Below, piece by piece: positions 18,717 to 26,352 of a stretch of DNA of 53,859 bases (the first letter of the stretch is position 1; the number at the start of each line of letters is the position of its first letter). Under the pieces are notes generated by a model. That model had not been told where the DNA came from. It made no database searches and worked only from the letters and a program-made list of their open reading frames with translations. Made by a program: the position numbers and the translations under genes. This DNA is from Bdellovibrionales bacterium (GTDB taxonomy: Bacteria; Bdellovibrionota; UBA1018; CAIMNF01). Location of the stretch: NCBI GenBank assembly GCA_040380025.1, contig JBEIJY010000015.1, forward strand, positions 1 to 53,859. Direction: 5' to 3'.

Positions 18717-19241
18717 GACCTTCTGATTCGGCTTCGCCCGCTTTTGCTCGCGGGTCAGGCGCGTGAACTCCGCAAAGAAGTGGCGGGCGACCTGCTCGCT
18801 CTCGACTTTTTCAGATCGATACGTCCAGTGGACTTTGCCGAACGCGCCCACATGAGCCAGAAGCTCCTCATGCGCCGGTATTCCGGCTTCGGCACCGTTC
18901 TGTCCCTGGGTGTGACGATCATACGAAACCTGGATCGCCCCGTGGGTGGTGTTCGAGAAGATGATCTTCACGCCGTTCCGGTAGAGCATGAAGTCGGCCG
19001 CGCCTTGGGTGAGATTGAAGATCTTGATCTCGGCGAATTTCTTTCCTGCCTCCGAGAGCGAGTTGAACACCCGCGTGAACTCCTGGCAGTAGGCGCGAAG
19101 GTCGGTCAGGAAGTCGACCGTGCTTTCTTCGATCGCCTGCTGGGGCCCCGCTCCCTGGGTGAGCTGATACAGGGCTTCTGCCTCGGGGGAGGCCTCGGCC
19201 CGTGCGATTTCATGGATCCATCCGTGGTTCATTGAATTCAT
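18663..19241 (-). CDS. Hypothetical protein
   Basis: 192-aa ORF with its own TTGACT-N18-TAAAAT promoter. It overlaps the 3' end of the SDR gene by 54 nt. Confidence 0.75.
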   Translation of the reverse strand: MNSMNHGWIHEIARAEASPEAEALYQLTQGAGPQQAIEESTVDFLTDLRAYCQEFTRVFNSLSEAGKKFAEIKIFNLTQGAADFMLYRNGVKIIFSNTTHGAIQVSYDRHTQGQNGAEAGIPAHEELLAHVGAFGKVHWTYRSEKVESEQVARHFFAEFTRLTREQKRAKPNQKVLLEQIKALLQEQGLSLE

Positions 19242-19283
19242 ACTCTTATCATTTTAGGAATCGGGAGAAAGGGAAGTCAAGAA

Positions 19284-19456
19284 AAGGCTTGGGAGTACCA
19301 GCTAGACATTGGAGCCCCAGAATTTTACGTGGGCGCCGTATGCTCACTTCAGGCTTCCTGCTCGATTGGCAGGCATGCACACCATGAGACAGGCACAGCC
19401 CCCTGGGTCAATGACTGTCGGGTCCAGATGTGTATTCGGCTGGACCCCCAAACCTG
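19284..19456 (-). ncRNA. ssrS: 6S RNA
   Basis: About 172 nt. The ends pair (AGGTTTGGGGGTCCAGC with GCTGGTACTCCCAAGCCT). Internal GGACCCGAC...GGGGGC...GTGTGCATG...GGAAGCCTGAAG...GCGCCCAC...GGGCTCCAA follows the 6S pattern. Extended -10 TGGTAAAAT lies immediately upstream. Confidence 0.8.
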
Positions 19457-19596
19457 CTTTCATTTTACCATTTTCAGAGAAGCGGGGAAAATTCTTTTTT
19501 GAAAAGACGCAATCGACCACTCGCAAGGAGAACACTCGAAGGCGACATTCTTTTTGATTTACACAGGGTTAATAAGCTGTCACGATAGGATTACGC

Positions 19597-20529
19597 ATGG
19601 CAGGGAAGAAAATCTTGGTCGCCGATGACAGCTTAACGATCCAGAAGGTAATCCGTCTGGCTCTTTCTGGGGACGGCTACGAGATCCAAACCGTCTCGGA
19701 CGGGCGGGAGGCGCTCGAGCAAGCATCGCTCTTTCGTCCCGACATCTGCATTGTCGATGTGTCTCTTCCGAAGTATGACGCCTACGAAATCCGCGAGCGG
19801 TTTCTTCAGGCCCCGGACCTGAAAAACATTCCCGTCATTTTAATGTCCAGCGCGTTCGAAAAAATCGACGAAGCCCGCATGCGCTCGCTCGGATTCTCGG
19901 GCCATCTGGTGAAGCCCTTTGATCCCTCCCACCTGCGGTCGACACTCCTCTCGGTTTCGGATTCGGCGCCCGAGAATGACCCGATTCTTCAAACGATCAA
20001 CACTCCTGCCGAGTTCGATCCTGACCTCGAAGTCGAAGTCATGGGAATGGACGACTTCGCACCGATCGCTCCCCCGCCGCCCAGCAATGATTTTCAGGGC
20101 GGAACCGACGAGATTCAACGCCTTGCCCGCAACACGTTCGAGATGAGCGGCCTGAACCAACATGACTGGGGAATGATCGAGCCCGGCAAAGCGCCGGAAG
20201 AGACTGCATTCCAGGCACCTCCGTTTCAAGCATCGGCTTTTCAAACGCCCGTGTACGAAGAGCCCGTGTTTCAGGCACCCACTCCCCCGCCCGCCCCCAA
20301 GGCCCAGGTCCCTGCCCAGACCCCTGCCCCGGCACCCTCGATCCATCCCGCCGAAATCGAGGCGATGATCAAAATGGAAGTCGCGCGAGTGCTCGAAGAG
20401 ATGCACTTCCAGATTCAGGACCGGATCCAGCACGAGCTAAAAGAAATCACCAAAGAAGTCATTCCGAACATCGCCGAACGGATCATCAAAGAAGAGATCC
20501 ACCGATTGCTTTCGAATCCCCCCGTATGA
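19597..20529 (+). CDS. RomR-like response regulator (receiver, Pro-rich linker, Glu-rich C-terminal helix)
   Basis: ILVADDSLTIQKVIRL receiver, KPFD, a Pro-rich linker, and C-terminal EVIPNIAERIIKEEIHRL typical of RomR. Confidence 0.82.
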   Translation: MAGKKILVADDSLTIQKVIRLALSGDGYEIQTVSDGREALEQASLFRPDICIVDVSLPKYDAYEIRERFLQAPDLKNIPVILMSSAFEKIDEARMRSLGFSGHLVKPFDPSHLRSTLLSVSDSAPENDPILQTINTPAEFDPDLEVEVMGMDDFAPIAPPPPSNDFQGGTDEIQRLARNTFEMSGLNQHDWGMIEPGKAPEETAFQAPPFQASAFQTPVYEEPVFQAPTPPPAPKAQVPAQTPAPAPSIHPAEIEAMIKMEVARVLEEMHFQIQDRIQHELKEITKEVIPNIAERIIKEEIHRLLSNPPV

Positions 20530-21248
20530 GAACCAACCGCAGTCCTGATGAACCCCGTCCCTGCAAGATCGAGACGGATGTCTCGAAATACGCCGAAGGC
20601 TCCTGCCTGATCGAAACCGGTAACACCCGCGTGCTCTGCACGGCGAGCGTCGAAGAGACGCTTCCGTCGTGGCTGAAGGGCAAGGGTCAGGGCTGGATCA
20701 CGGCCGAGTACTCGATGCTCCCGCGTTCGACCCACACGCGCAGCAAACGCGATCGCGAAAAGGTCTCGGGCCGGACGCAAGAAATTCAGCGCCTGATCGG
20801 ACGCGCCCTTCGCGCGATGGTCGATCTGAAGAAGCTCGGCGACCGGCAGATCATCGTCGATTGCGATGTGCTGCAAGCCGACGGCGGAACGCGCACGGCC
20901 TCGATTTCGGGCGCATGCGTTGCGGTCGGCATCGCGATCGCGAAGCTCGCCAAAGAAGGCAAGGTCGGGAAAGACGCCTTTTCGGACACGATTCAGGCCG
21001 TGAGCGTCGGCATGCACGATGGCGTCGCGCTCGTGGACCCCGATTACGACGAAGATTCGGGCGGCGATGTCGACATGAACTTCGTGCGCACGGGCTCGGG
21101 CCTGTTTGTCGAGATTCAGGGAACGGCCGAAAAGAAGGCGTTCTCGGAACAAGATCTGGCCCTCATGATGGCAGGTGCCCGTCGCGGGCTCGACCGCATG
21201 AAGGGAATCCAGCTCGAAATCCTGCACCGCTACGGAATCGGCTCATGA
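20526..21248 (+). CDS. rph: Ribonuclease PH
   Basis: GWITAEYSMLPRST, GRTQEIQRLIGR and CDVLQADGGTRTASI motifs. Confidence 0.97.
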   Translation: MRTNRSPDEPRPCKIETDVSKYAEGSCLIETGNTRVLCTASVEETLPSWLKGKGQGWITAEYSMLPRSTHTRSKRDREKVSGRTQEIQRLIGRALRAMVDLKKLGDRQIIVDCDVLQADGGTRTASISGACVAVGIAIAKLAKEGKVGKDAFSDTIQAVSVGMHDGVALVDPDYDEDSGGDVDMNFVRTGSGLFVEIQGTAEKKAFSEQDLALMMAGARRGLDRMKGIQLEILHRYGIGS

Positions 21249-22120
21249 ACGCGCTCATTCCGGCCTGGAAGAAATGGCTTTCGATCGGCCTCGAAGAAGA
21301 CTCGGCCGGGTTCGACTGGACGGCGCGCGCAACCGCGCGCGCGCGGGGTGCAGAGGCCGAAACGCACATTCGTGCCTCGCTCGTGGCGAAAGCGCCCGGC
21401 ATTTGGGCCGGAGCATTGGGGCTCCGTGCGCTCTCGCTTTTGAGCGCCGAACACGGACTGCCGCTCGAGATCGAAGAATTGGTCCGCGACGGCGAGGAGC
21501 TGAAGCCGGGGCAGACTGTGTGCACCTGGCACGGCACCCAAGAGGCGATCGTGACCTTCGAGCGGACATTCATCAATCTCGCCTCGTACACCTCGGGAAT
21601 CGCAACCCAAACCGCAGAGCTGGTGCGAGTGGTGCGTGCGGCACCGCTTGCAAGCCCGCCCCGGATCACACCGACCCGCAAGACTTTGCCTGGGTATCGC
21701 GACCTTGCCATTCAAAGCGCGCTCATCGGCGGAGCCCACCCGCATCGGTTCAACCTTGCGGGCGGATTGCTCTTGAAAGAAAACCACATCGCGGCCGCGG
21801 GGAGCGTGAGCGGCGCGATCTCGAATGCGCGTGAGGTGATTCCGCATCTCCTCAAGGTCGAAATCGAGGTGAAGAACCTGCTCGAGCTGAAAGAGGCGAT
21901 CGCGGCCGGTGCCGAGGTGATCATGCTCGACAACTTCGACCCGGCCCTGATCCGGCAGGCAGTGCTCCTGAAGCCCAAGACGGGGGTCGTATTTGAGGTC
22001 TCGGGCGGCATCAATGCCTCGAATCTTGACCGCTACCTGATCGAGGGAATCGATGTGATCTCGGTCGGTTCGCTCACCCACTCGGTGAAGGCCCTTGATT
22101 TGTCGCTCCTTGTGGGGTGA
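21245..22120 (+). CDS. nadC: Quinolinate phosphoribosyltransferase
   Basis: SGIAT, TRKTLPGYR, HRFNL, LKENHI, EIEV, IMLDNF and EVSGGI motifs. Start ATG 21245 overlaps the rph stop. Confidence 0.94.
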   Translation: MNALIPAWKKWLSIGLEEDSAGFDWTARATARARGAEAETHIRASLVAKAPGIWAGALGLRALSLLSAEHGLPLEIEELVRDGEELKPGQTVCTWHGTQEAIVTFERTFINLASYTSGIATQTAELVRVVRAAPLASPPRITPTRKTLPGYRDLAIQSALIGGAHPHRFNLAGGLLLKENHIAAAGSVSGAISNAREVIPHLLKVEIEVKNLLELKEAIAAGAEVIMLDNFDPALIRQAVLLKPKTGVVFEVSGGINASNLDRYLIEGIDVISVGSLTHSVKALDLSLLVG

Positions 22121-22168
22121 GGAAGAAACCCCCGTGCATTTTACCGGGACCGCGATTAAGGTTCTCGC

Positions 22169-22723
22169 ATGTCTCGATCGAACCTTCGTCTTGTCGACTG
22201 GATCTCTGAAAGCATCACCCCGGACCCGCGTGCGCTCGAGTGGTTCGGGCGGGGCGAAAAGCCCGACCCCGAAGAAGAGCTTGTTTGCGAAAAGCGCGTG
22301 GTCAAAGCGTACCGCGAGCTTCTTTCGGGGTACGAGACCGATCCCGCACGCATCCTGAAGACCACCCGCAAGGTCGAGCCCGGCGAGCGCGTCTCGAAGG
22401 TCACCATCGCCGACATCAGCTACTACTCGCTGTGTGCGCACCATTTTTTGCCGTTTTTCGGCAAAATCAGCATCGAGTACCTTCCGGGCGACCGGATCCT
22501 CGGACTCGGCAAATTCCCGCGTCTCGTGCAGGCGTATGCCAGGCGGTTCCAGATTCAAGAAGACCTCGTAAAAGACATCGCCGAAGAGATCCTCCGCTCG
22601 GGGCATGCGCGCGCGGTGCGGGTGGTCTCGGACGGACGACACCTTTGCATGTGCAGTCGGGGGCCGTCTGATCCGAATGCCTACACGCGCACGGAGTACG
22701 AAGCAGGTTCATGGAGTTTGTAA
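22169..22723 (+). CDS. folE: GTP cyclohydrolase I (divergent)
   Basis: SLCAHHFLPFFG, RRFQIQE and HLCMCSRG carry the Zn ligands. Confidence 0.88.
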   Translation: MSRSNLRLVDWISESITPDPRALEWFGRGEKPDPEEELVCEKRVVKAYRELLSGYETDPARILKTTRKVEPGERVSKVTIADISYYSLCAHHFLPFFGKISIEYLPGDRILGLGKFPRLVQAYARRFQIQEDLVKDIAEEILRSGHARAVRVVSDGRHLCMCSRGPSDPNAYTRTEYEAGSWSL

Positions 22724-23589
22724 GGGCTTGCCGCGCCGTCCTTGCGATCATGGCGCTCTGTCTCGCACTGGGAGTGCGATCCTCGCGGGCCGGAGAAGCC
22801 CTGCCCGTTCGGTTCCTCGATGCAGAGTCGTCTCAGACCGGGTCGATTCACACCGAGTCCGCTCCCGCCAAACCCGCGCTTACCCTCAGGCGCCTTCGGG
22901 TCTGGGACCCGTACGAGCAAGCCGAAATCGAGTTTGAGGGATACCGGCTCGTGGATGTGCTCGATCGTACCTACGGGGCCTCATGGAGGACCCTCGAATC
23001 GACGCATCAGCTTCGAATGAAGTGCCGCGACGGGTACAGACTAAGTGTGCCGCTTGCACGGGTTCTGAAACACGAATCGCTGATTGCAATCCGACGCTTA
23101 GAAGATCCCAAGTTTTCGTTGGTAAAAAAAGACATCACTCCGCACAAGCAGGTCGAACTCGCGCCGGCGTACCTGGTCTGGGAGAACATTCGCGATCGCG
23201 CGATTCGCGCCGAGGGCGACTACTGCTGGCCCTTTCAGTGGACGGAGGCCTCGCTCGAAGCACTGGGCACGGGTGATTCGCTCCTGCTCCCCAAAAAAGA
23301 CGCTTCTGCCCGTGCTTTTCGCGGGTACTCGCACTTCAAAGCGCATTGCCTGAAGTGCCACTCGATCGGGGGCGAAGGCGGAAAAGTCGGGCCCGAGCTC
23401 CACTCGCCGAAGAATGTGACCCGGTACTGGCGTCCGGGAATGATCGAGGCGTGGATTTTGAACCCCGCGGAGTTTCGCATTCCGAACGGCATGCCCCCGC
23501 TGGCTCCGACGCATCCGAACCGGGCCCGCATCGCACGCGACATCGTCGAGTATCTTTCGAGTTTGCCCGCGGTGAAGGGAGGGCTATGA
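22711..23589 (+). CDS. Exported monoheme cytochrome c with an N-terminal molybdopterin-oxidoreductase-like domain
   Basis: Signal peptide, CxDGY and PAYLVW...WPFQ in the N-domain, then CLKCH...GPEL...MPP in the C-domain. Confidence 0.75.
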   Translation: MEFVRACRAVLAIMALCLALGVRSSRAGEALPVRFLDAESSQTGSIHTESAPAKPALTLRRLRVWDPYEQAEIEFEGYRLVDVLDRTYGASWRTLESTHQLRMKCRDGYRLSVPLARVLKHESLIAIRRLEDPKFSLVKKDITPHKQVELAPAYLVWENIRDRAIRAEGDYCWPFQWTEASLEALGTGDSLLLPKKDASARAFRGYSHFKAHCLKCHSIGGEGGKVGPELHSPKNVTRYWRPGMIEAWILNPAEFRIPNGMPPLAPTHPNRARIARDIVEYLSSLPAVKGGL

Positions 23590-24260
23590 ATCTTGGTTTT
23601 TTTGAGGCGTTTTATCAGAGTCCGATCCAGCACCCGATCTTGCTTTGGGTCTCGAATCTTTTAGGGACCGCTCTTGCGCTCAGCGCCCGACCGGTGCGCG
23701 AAGACCATTCCGGCCGAACCCGGCGATTCATTCTGATTTGGAGCGCGATCTCGGCGCTCGATGCCTGGGCAACGGCGAACTTTGTGTACGGCATCGGCGT
23801 GCTCTCGTCGCCGTGGAGCGCGGTGGTTCCTTTTTTATTCGTGTGGCTCGGCGATTTTCGGATCTTTTACGCGATGGAGGCATTTGCCACCCCCAAGCGG
23901 CCCGGGATTCTTCGCCCCCTCCTCGCATGCTTTTTGGTGCCAGTCCTTGCGGGCGCGCTTACGCGGGGGCAAGAGGCGCGGATTTTGTTCTTGGTGTACG
24001 AAGGGATGTTTCTCGTTTGGATTGCGCTCTACGGGCGCTGGACCTGGCTTTCGGCCCATCCGGCATCGCGGACGATCCGGAATCTCGCACTGGTGTTTTA
24101 CTCGCTTTGGGTATTTGCCGATTGCTCGATTTTGTTCCTGCCCGCCCCGTGGCGCGACCTCGGGTTCGGAATCAGGGTGATTCCGAATTTCATTTATTAC
24201 GGCTGGTTCGGGTGGGCGGTGGCGCGGGCGCTCGAGGGGCGGGCCTCATGGAAACACTGA
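23586..24260 (+). CDS. Hypothetical multi-pass membrane protein
   Basis: Several hydrophobic segments. ATGA overlap with the cytochrome gene. Confidence 0.75.
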   Translation: MNLGFFEAFYQSPIQHPILLWVSNLLGTALALSARPVREDHSGRTRRFILIWSAISALDAWATANFVYGIGVLSSPWSAVVPFLFVWLGDFRIFYAMEAFATPKRPGILRPLLACFLVPVLAGALTRGQEARILFLVYEGMFLVWIALYGRWTWLSAHPASRTIRNLALVFYSLWVFADCSILFLPAPWRDLGFGIRVIPNFIYYGWFGWAVARALEGRASWKH

Positions 24261-24632
24261 TCATCCGGCGAACGCAAATTCGATCCCATCAAACTTTGCC
24301 ACTGGTACGAGAGTTCTTCGTGATCCCTCTTTGCGCAAGTCGATCAGGCCGAGGTCAGCAAGAAATTTCACATCGGAATGCACATTCTTGAAATCTTTCT
24401 TCATTGCCTTTGCCAAGGCCGATATGGACTTTGGTTTGAGCGATGGAATCGCGGTGAGAATCTGCAATCTTGGCGCCGAAAGAATTTTGTTCAAAACATC
24501 CCAGCTCGAAACCGTGATCACGTCTTCCGCTCCCATGTCCCTGCGTGCGGCCTTGCCCCTCAAAGCGGCAGTCCATCGAGCTTTGGTGGTTTCAATGTCT
24601 TCGACTCTGATTTTCACTTTTCTCAACTTCAT
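24261..24632 (-). CDS. HTH DNA-binding protein (HVO_A0114-like), putative antitoxin
   Basis: LSAPRLQIL...PKSISALAKAMKKDFKNVHSDVKFLADLGLI wHTH pattern. Confidence 0.8.
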   Translation of the reverse strand: MKLRKVKIRVEDIETTKARWTAALRGKAARRDMGAEDVITVSSWDVLNKILSAPRLQILTAIPSLKPKSISALAKAMKKDFKNVHSDVKFLADLGLIDLRKEGSRRTLVPVAKFDGIEFAFAG

Positions 24633-24928
24633 GATTCAAACCCGGCCTTTCTTACAAAATCCCAAAAATCCTCAATTAGCTTTTCATCTGATCGAAACAC
24701 ATATGATAGCTCAACCGGACCGATATGAAGGTGCGGACCTTTTGGTTTGTGGTTATCAAAACCGACAACGACTTCACCATTGCAAACCAAAAACAATGAA
24801 TACTTTCTGCCCCTCGGATAATCCTCGGATTCGGGCACATTCCAGATTTTCAGTTCCACCACGGCTGATTTACCTGTTTCAGGATTCAGCACAAGCCGCT
24901 TTTCACGAAAAACAAGTTCTGCCTTCAC
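24629..24928 (-). CDS. DUF6516-like putative toxin
   Basis: IWNVP...YPRGRKYSLF...GFDNHKPKGPHLH...YVF...LIEDFW pattern. ATGA-coupled to the HTH gene. Confidence 0.78.
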   Translation of the reverse strand: MKAELVFREKRLVLNPETGKSAVVELKIWNVPESEDYPRGRKYSLFLVCNGEVVVGFDNHKPKGPHLHIGPVELSYVFRSDEKLIEDFWDFVRKAGFES

Positions 24929-24931
24929 TAA

Positions 24932-24965
24932 TTATGGTTATATAACCATAAACTAAAAAAATCAA
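24932..24965 (-). promoter_or_regulatory. TA operon promoter with a 20-bp palindromic operator
   Basis: TTGATT-N17-TATAAC. The perfect palindrome TTATGGTTAT/ATAACCATAA (24932-24951) covers the -10. Confidence 0.8.
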
Positions 24966-24989
24966 GCCTCACTTCGCACAGCGGGCCCC

Positions 24990-25215
24990 AATACCGGAAT
25001 GCCGGCAATTCGTAATTGCCATCGGGAGTCCAAACATCTCGAATCTTGGGCATGGGAACATCATGAAGAAACACAGTGAAACCAAACCCATGATCGAGGT
25101 ACTTATATTGAATTTTCTGCTCTTTTTCTGAATTTTCTTTGTTTGTTCTCACGATGAATCGCACTCAGGTACGATTTCTATCGCTGTGATGATCAACAGG
25201 CGCTCAGGCCTCGGC
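24990..25215 (-). pseudogene. Relic of a second TA pair (DUF4258-like tail plus N-terminus of an HTH antitoxin)
   Basis: Fragments LLIITAIEI and KIQYKYLDHGFGFTVFLHDVPMPKIRDVWTPD, with no HTH and no toxin start. Confidence 0.45.
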
Positions 25216-25248
25216 AAAAATGGAACCCAGTTATAATTTTCGATCAGT

Positions 25249-25279
25249 TGATTTATTTTATTTTCAATAAAATAAATCA
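25249..25279. repeat. Perfect AT-rich 14-bp inverted repeat
   Basis: TGATTTATTTTATT-TTC-AATAAAATAAATCA, overlapping the birA stop codon. Confidence 0.85.
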
Positions 25280-25996
25280 CCCCCGCACCCGACCGACCTC
25301 TTCTCCGAACAACGCGCGCACGGCGGGAGTGCCCGACTCGCGTGTCTCGACCAACAGCTCGCCATGCTCGCCGAGCGAGAGCACCGTGCCCGAGCCCTTC
25401 GCGCCGGTTACGGGGTCTTCCCAGCTCACATGCTCGCCGGTCCGAAAGAGCGCGCGCGCCTCGTAACGCGTCTTCAGCTCTTCGATCGCGGGCTCATGCG
25501 CAAGCTCACGCAAAATGTGCTCGAGGAGCTCTCGCGCGAACTCCTCGGAGAAATCCCGGCCGAGAGCCCTCGCAAACGATTCGATCTCGCGGCCCTCGAC
25601 CTCGGGGGCATGGGCGAGATTCAATCCGATTCCGACGATGACTCCCGCTCCGGCGGTCTCGCACAAAATCCCGCCGAGCTTCGCGCGGGACTCCCACACC
25701 ACATCGTTCGGCCACTTCAGACGAATCCCGGGGTTGTCCACCCCGAGCGATTCCAGCGCCCGAAGCACCGAGACTCCGATCCAATGCGGAACCCAAGTGA
25801 GGGGGAACGCCGGAGCGCGCAGATAAATCGAGGCCGCGAGATTCCCGCGCGGGGATTCCCACTGGCGGCCGAGGCGTCCGCGGCCGCCGGTCTGGATGCC
25901 GGCCAGTACCGCATCGAGGGGGCGGGCTTCGCCGGTCGAGATCATGCGTTTCATCTCGTCCTGGGTGCTCGGAAGGGCCGAAAAAGAGTGAATCAT
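25277..25996 (-). CDS. birA: Biotin-protein ligase (no N-terminal HTH)
   Basis: STQD, QTGGRGRLGRQWESP, LKWPND, KLGGILCE and GIGLN motifs. Confidence 0.95.
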   Translation of the reverse strand: MIHSFSALPSTQDEMKRMISTGEARPLDAVLAGIQTGGRGRLGRQWESPRGNLAASIYLRAPAFPLTWVPHWIGVSVLRALESLGVDNPGIRLKWPNDVVWESRAKLGGILCETAGAGVIVGIGLNLAHAPEVEGREIESFARALGRDFSEEFARELLEHILRELAHEPAIEELKTRYEARALFRTGEHVSWEDPVTGAKGSGTVLSLGEHGELLVETRESGTPAVRALFGEEVGRVRG

Positions 25997-26233
25997 CTCG
26001 AAAGGGATATCACATCCGGGTCTCGAGTTGAGAGTGGTCTGAGGCTCGGTAATCCTGGCACTCCGAACCCCAGCCACTTCACCTTGATCCCCGGCCGTTC
26101 CCCGTAGTAGGGTCTACGACTGTCGTCGAAGGAGCTCCGATGCGCGGTAATCTGGTCGGGTCACTCATTTTTGTCGCTCAAAATCTGCTCTCTTGGAGTG
26201 CGCGGAGGAATCAGAGCGGACGAAGGGAAAGAT

Positions 26234-26332
26234 CCGGAAAGAATTCGGGTTTTACCTCCATGCCGCCTCCTGCGGCCTCGCTTTCGCGCATCCCGCGCTC
26301 GCGAGAGTCGGCAAAACCCGAATTCTTTCCGG
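26234..26332. repeat. Dispersed structured repeat, copy 1 (perfect 20-bp terminal IR)
   Basis: CCGGAAAGAATTCGGGTTTT...AAAACCCGAATTCTTTCCGG enclosing a core shared with 53640-53720. Confidence 0.8.
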
Positions 26333-26352
26333 CCATTCCCTCCCCCGCACCC

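Noticed and set aside
24932..24951. Palindrome as a dif/Xer site
   Set aside because: It has no 11-6-11 layout, and its position over a -10 box fits an autoregulatory operator better.
24261..25279. Prophage or IS element
   Set aside because: No integrase, transposase, phage genes or flanking direct repeats were found.
26079..26168. 29-codon minus-strand ORF (MSDPTRLPRIG...) upstream of birA
   Set aside because: No SD, motif or compositional support. It cannot be distinguished from chance.
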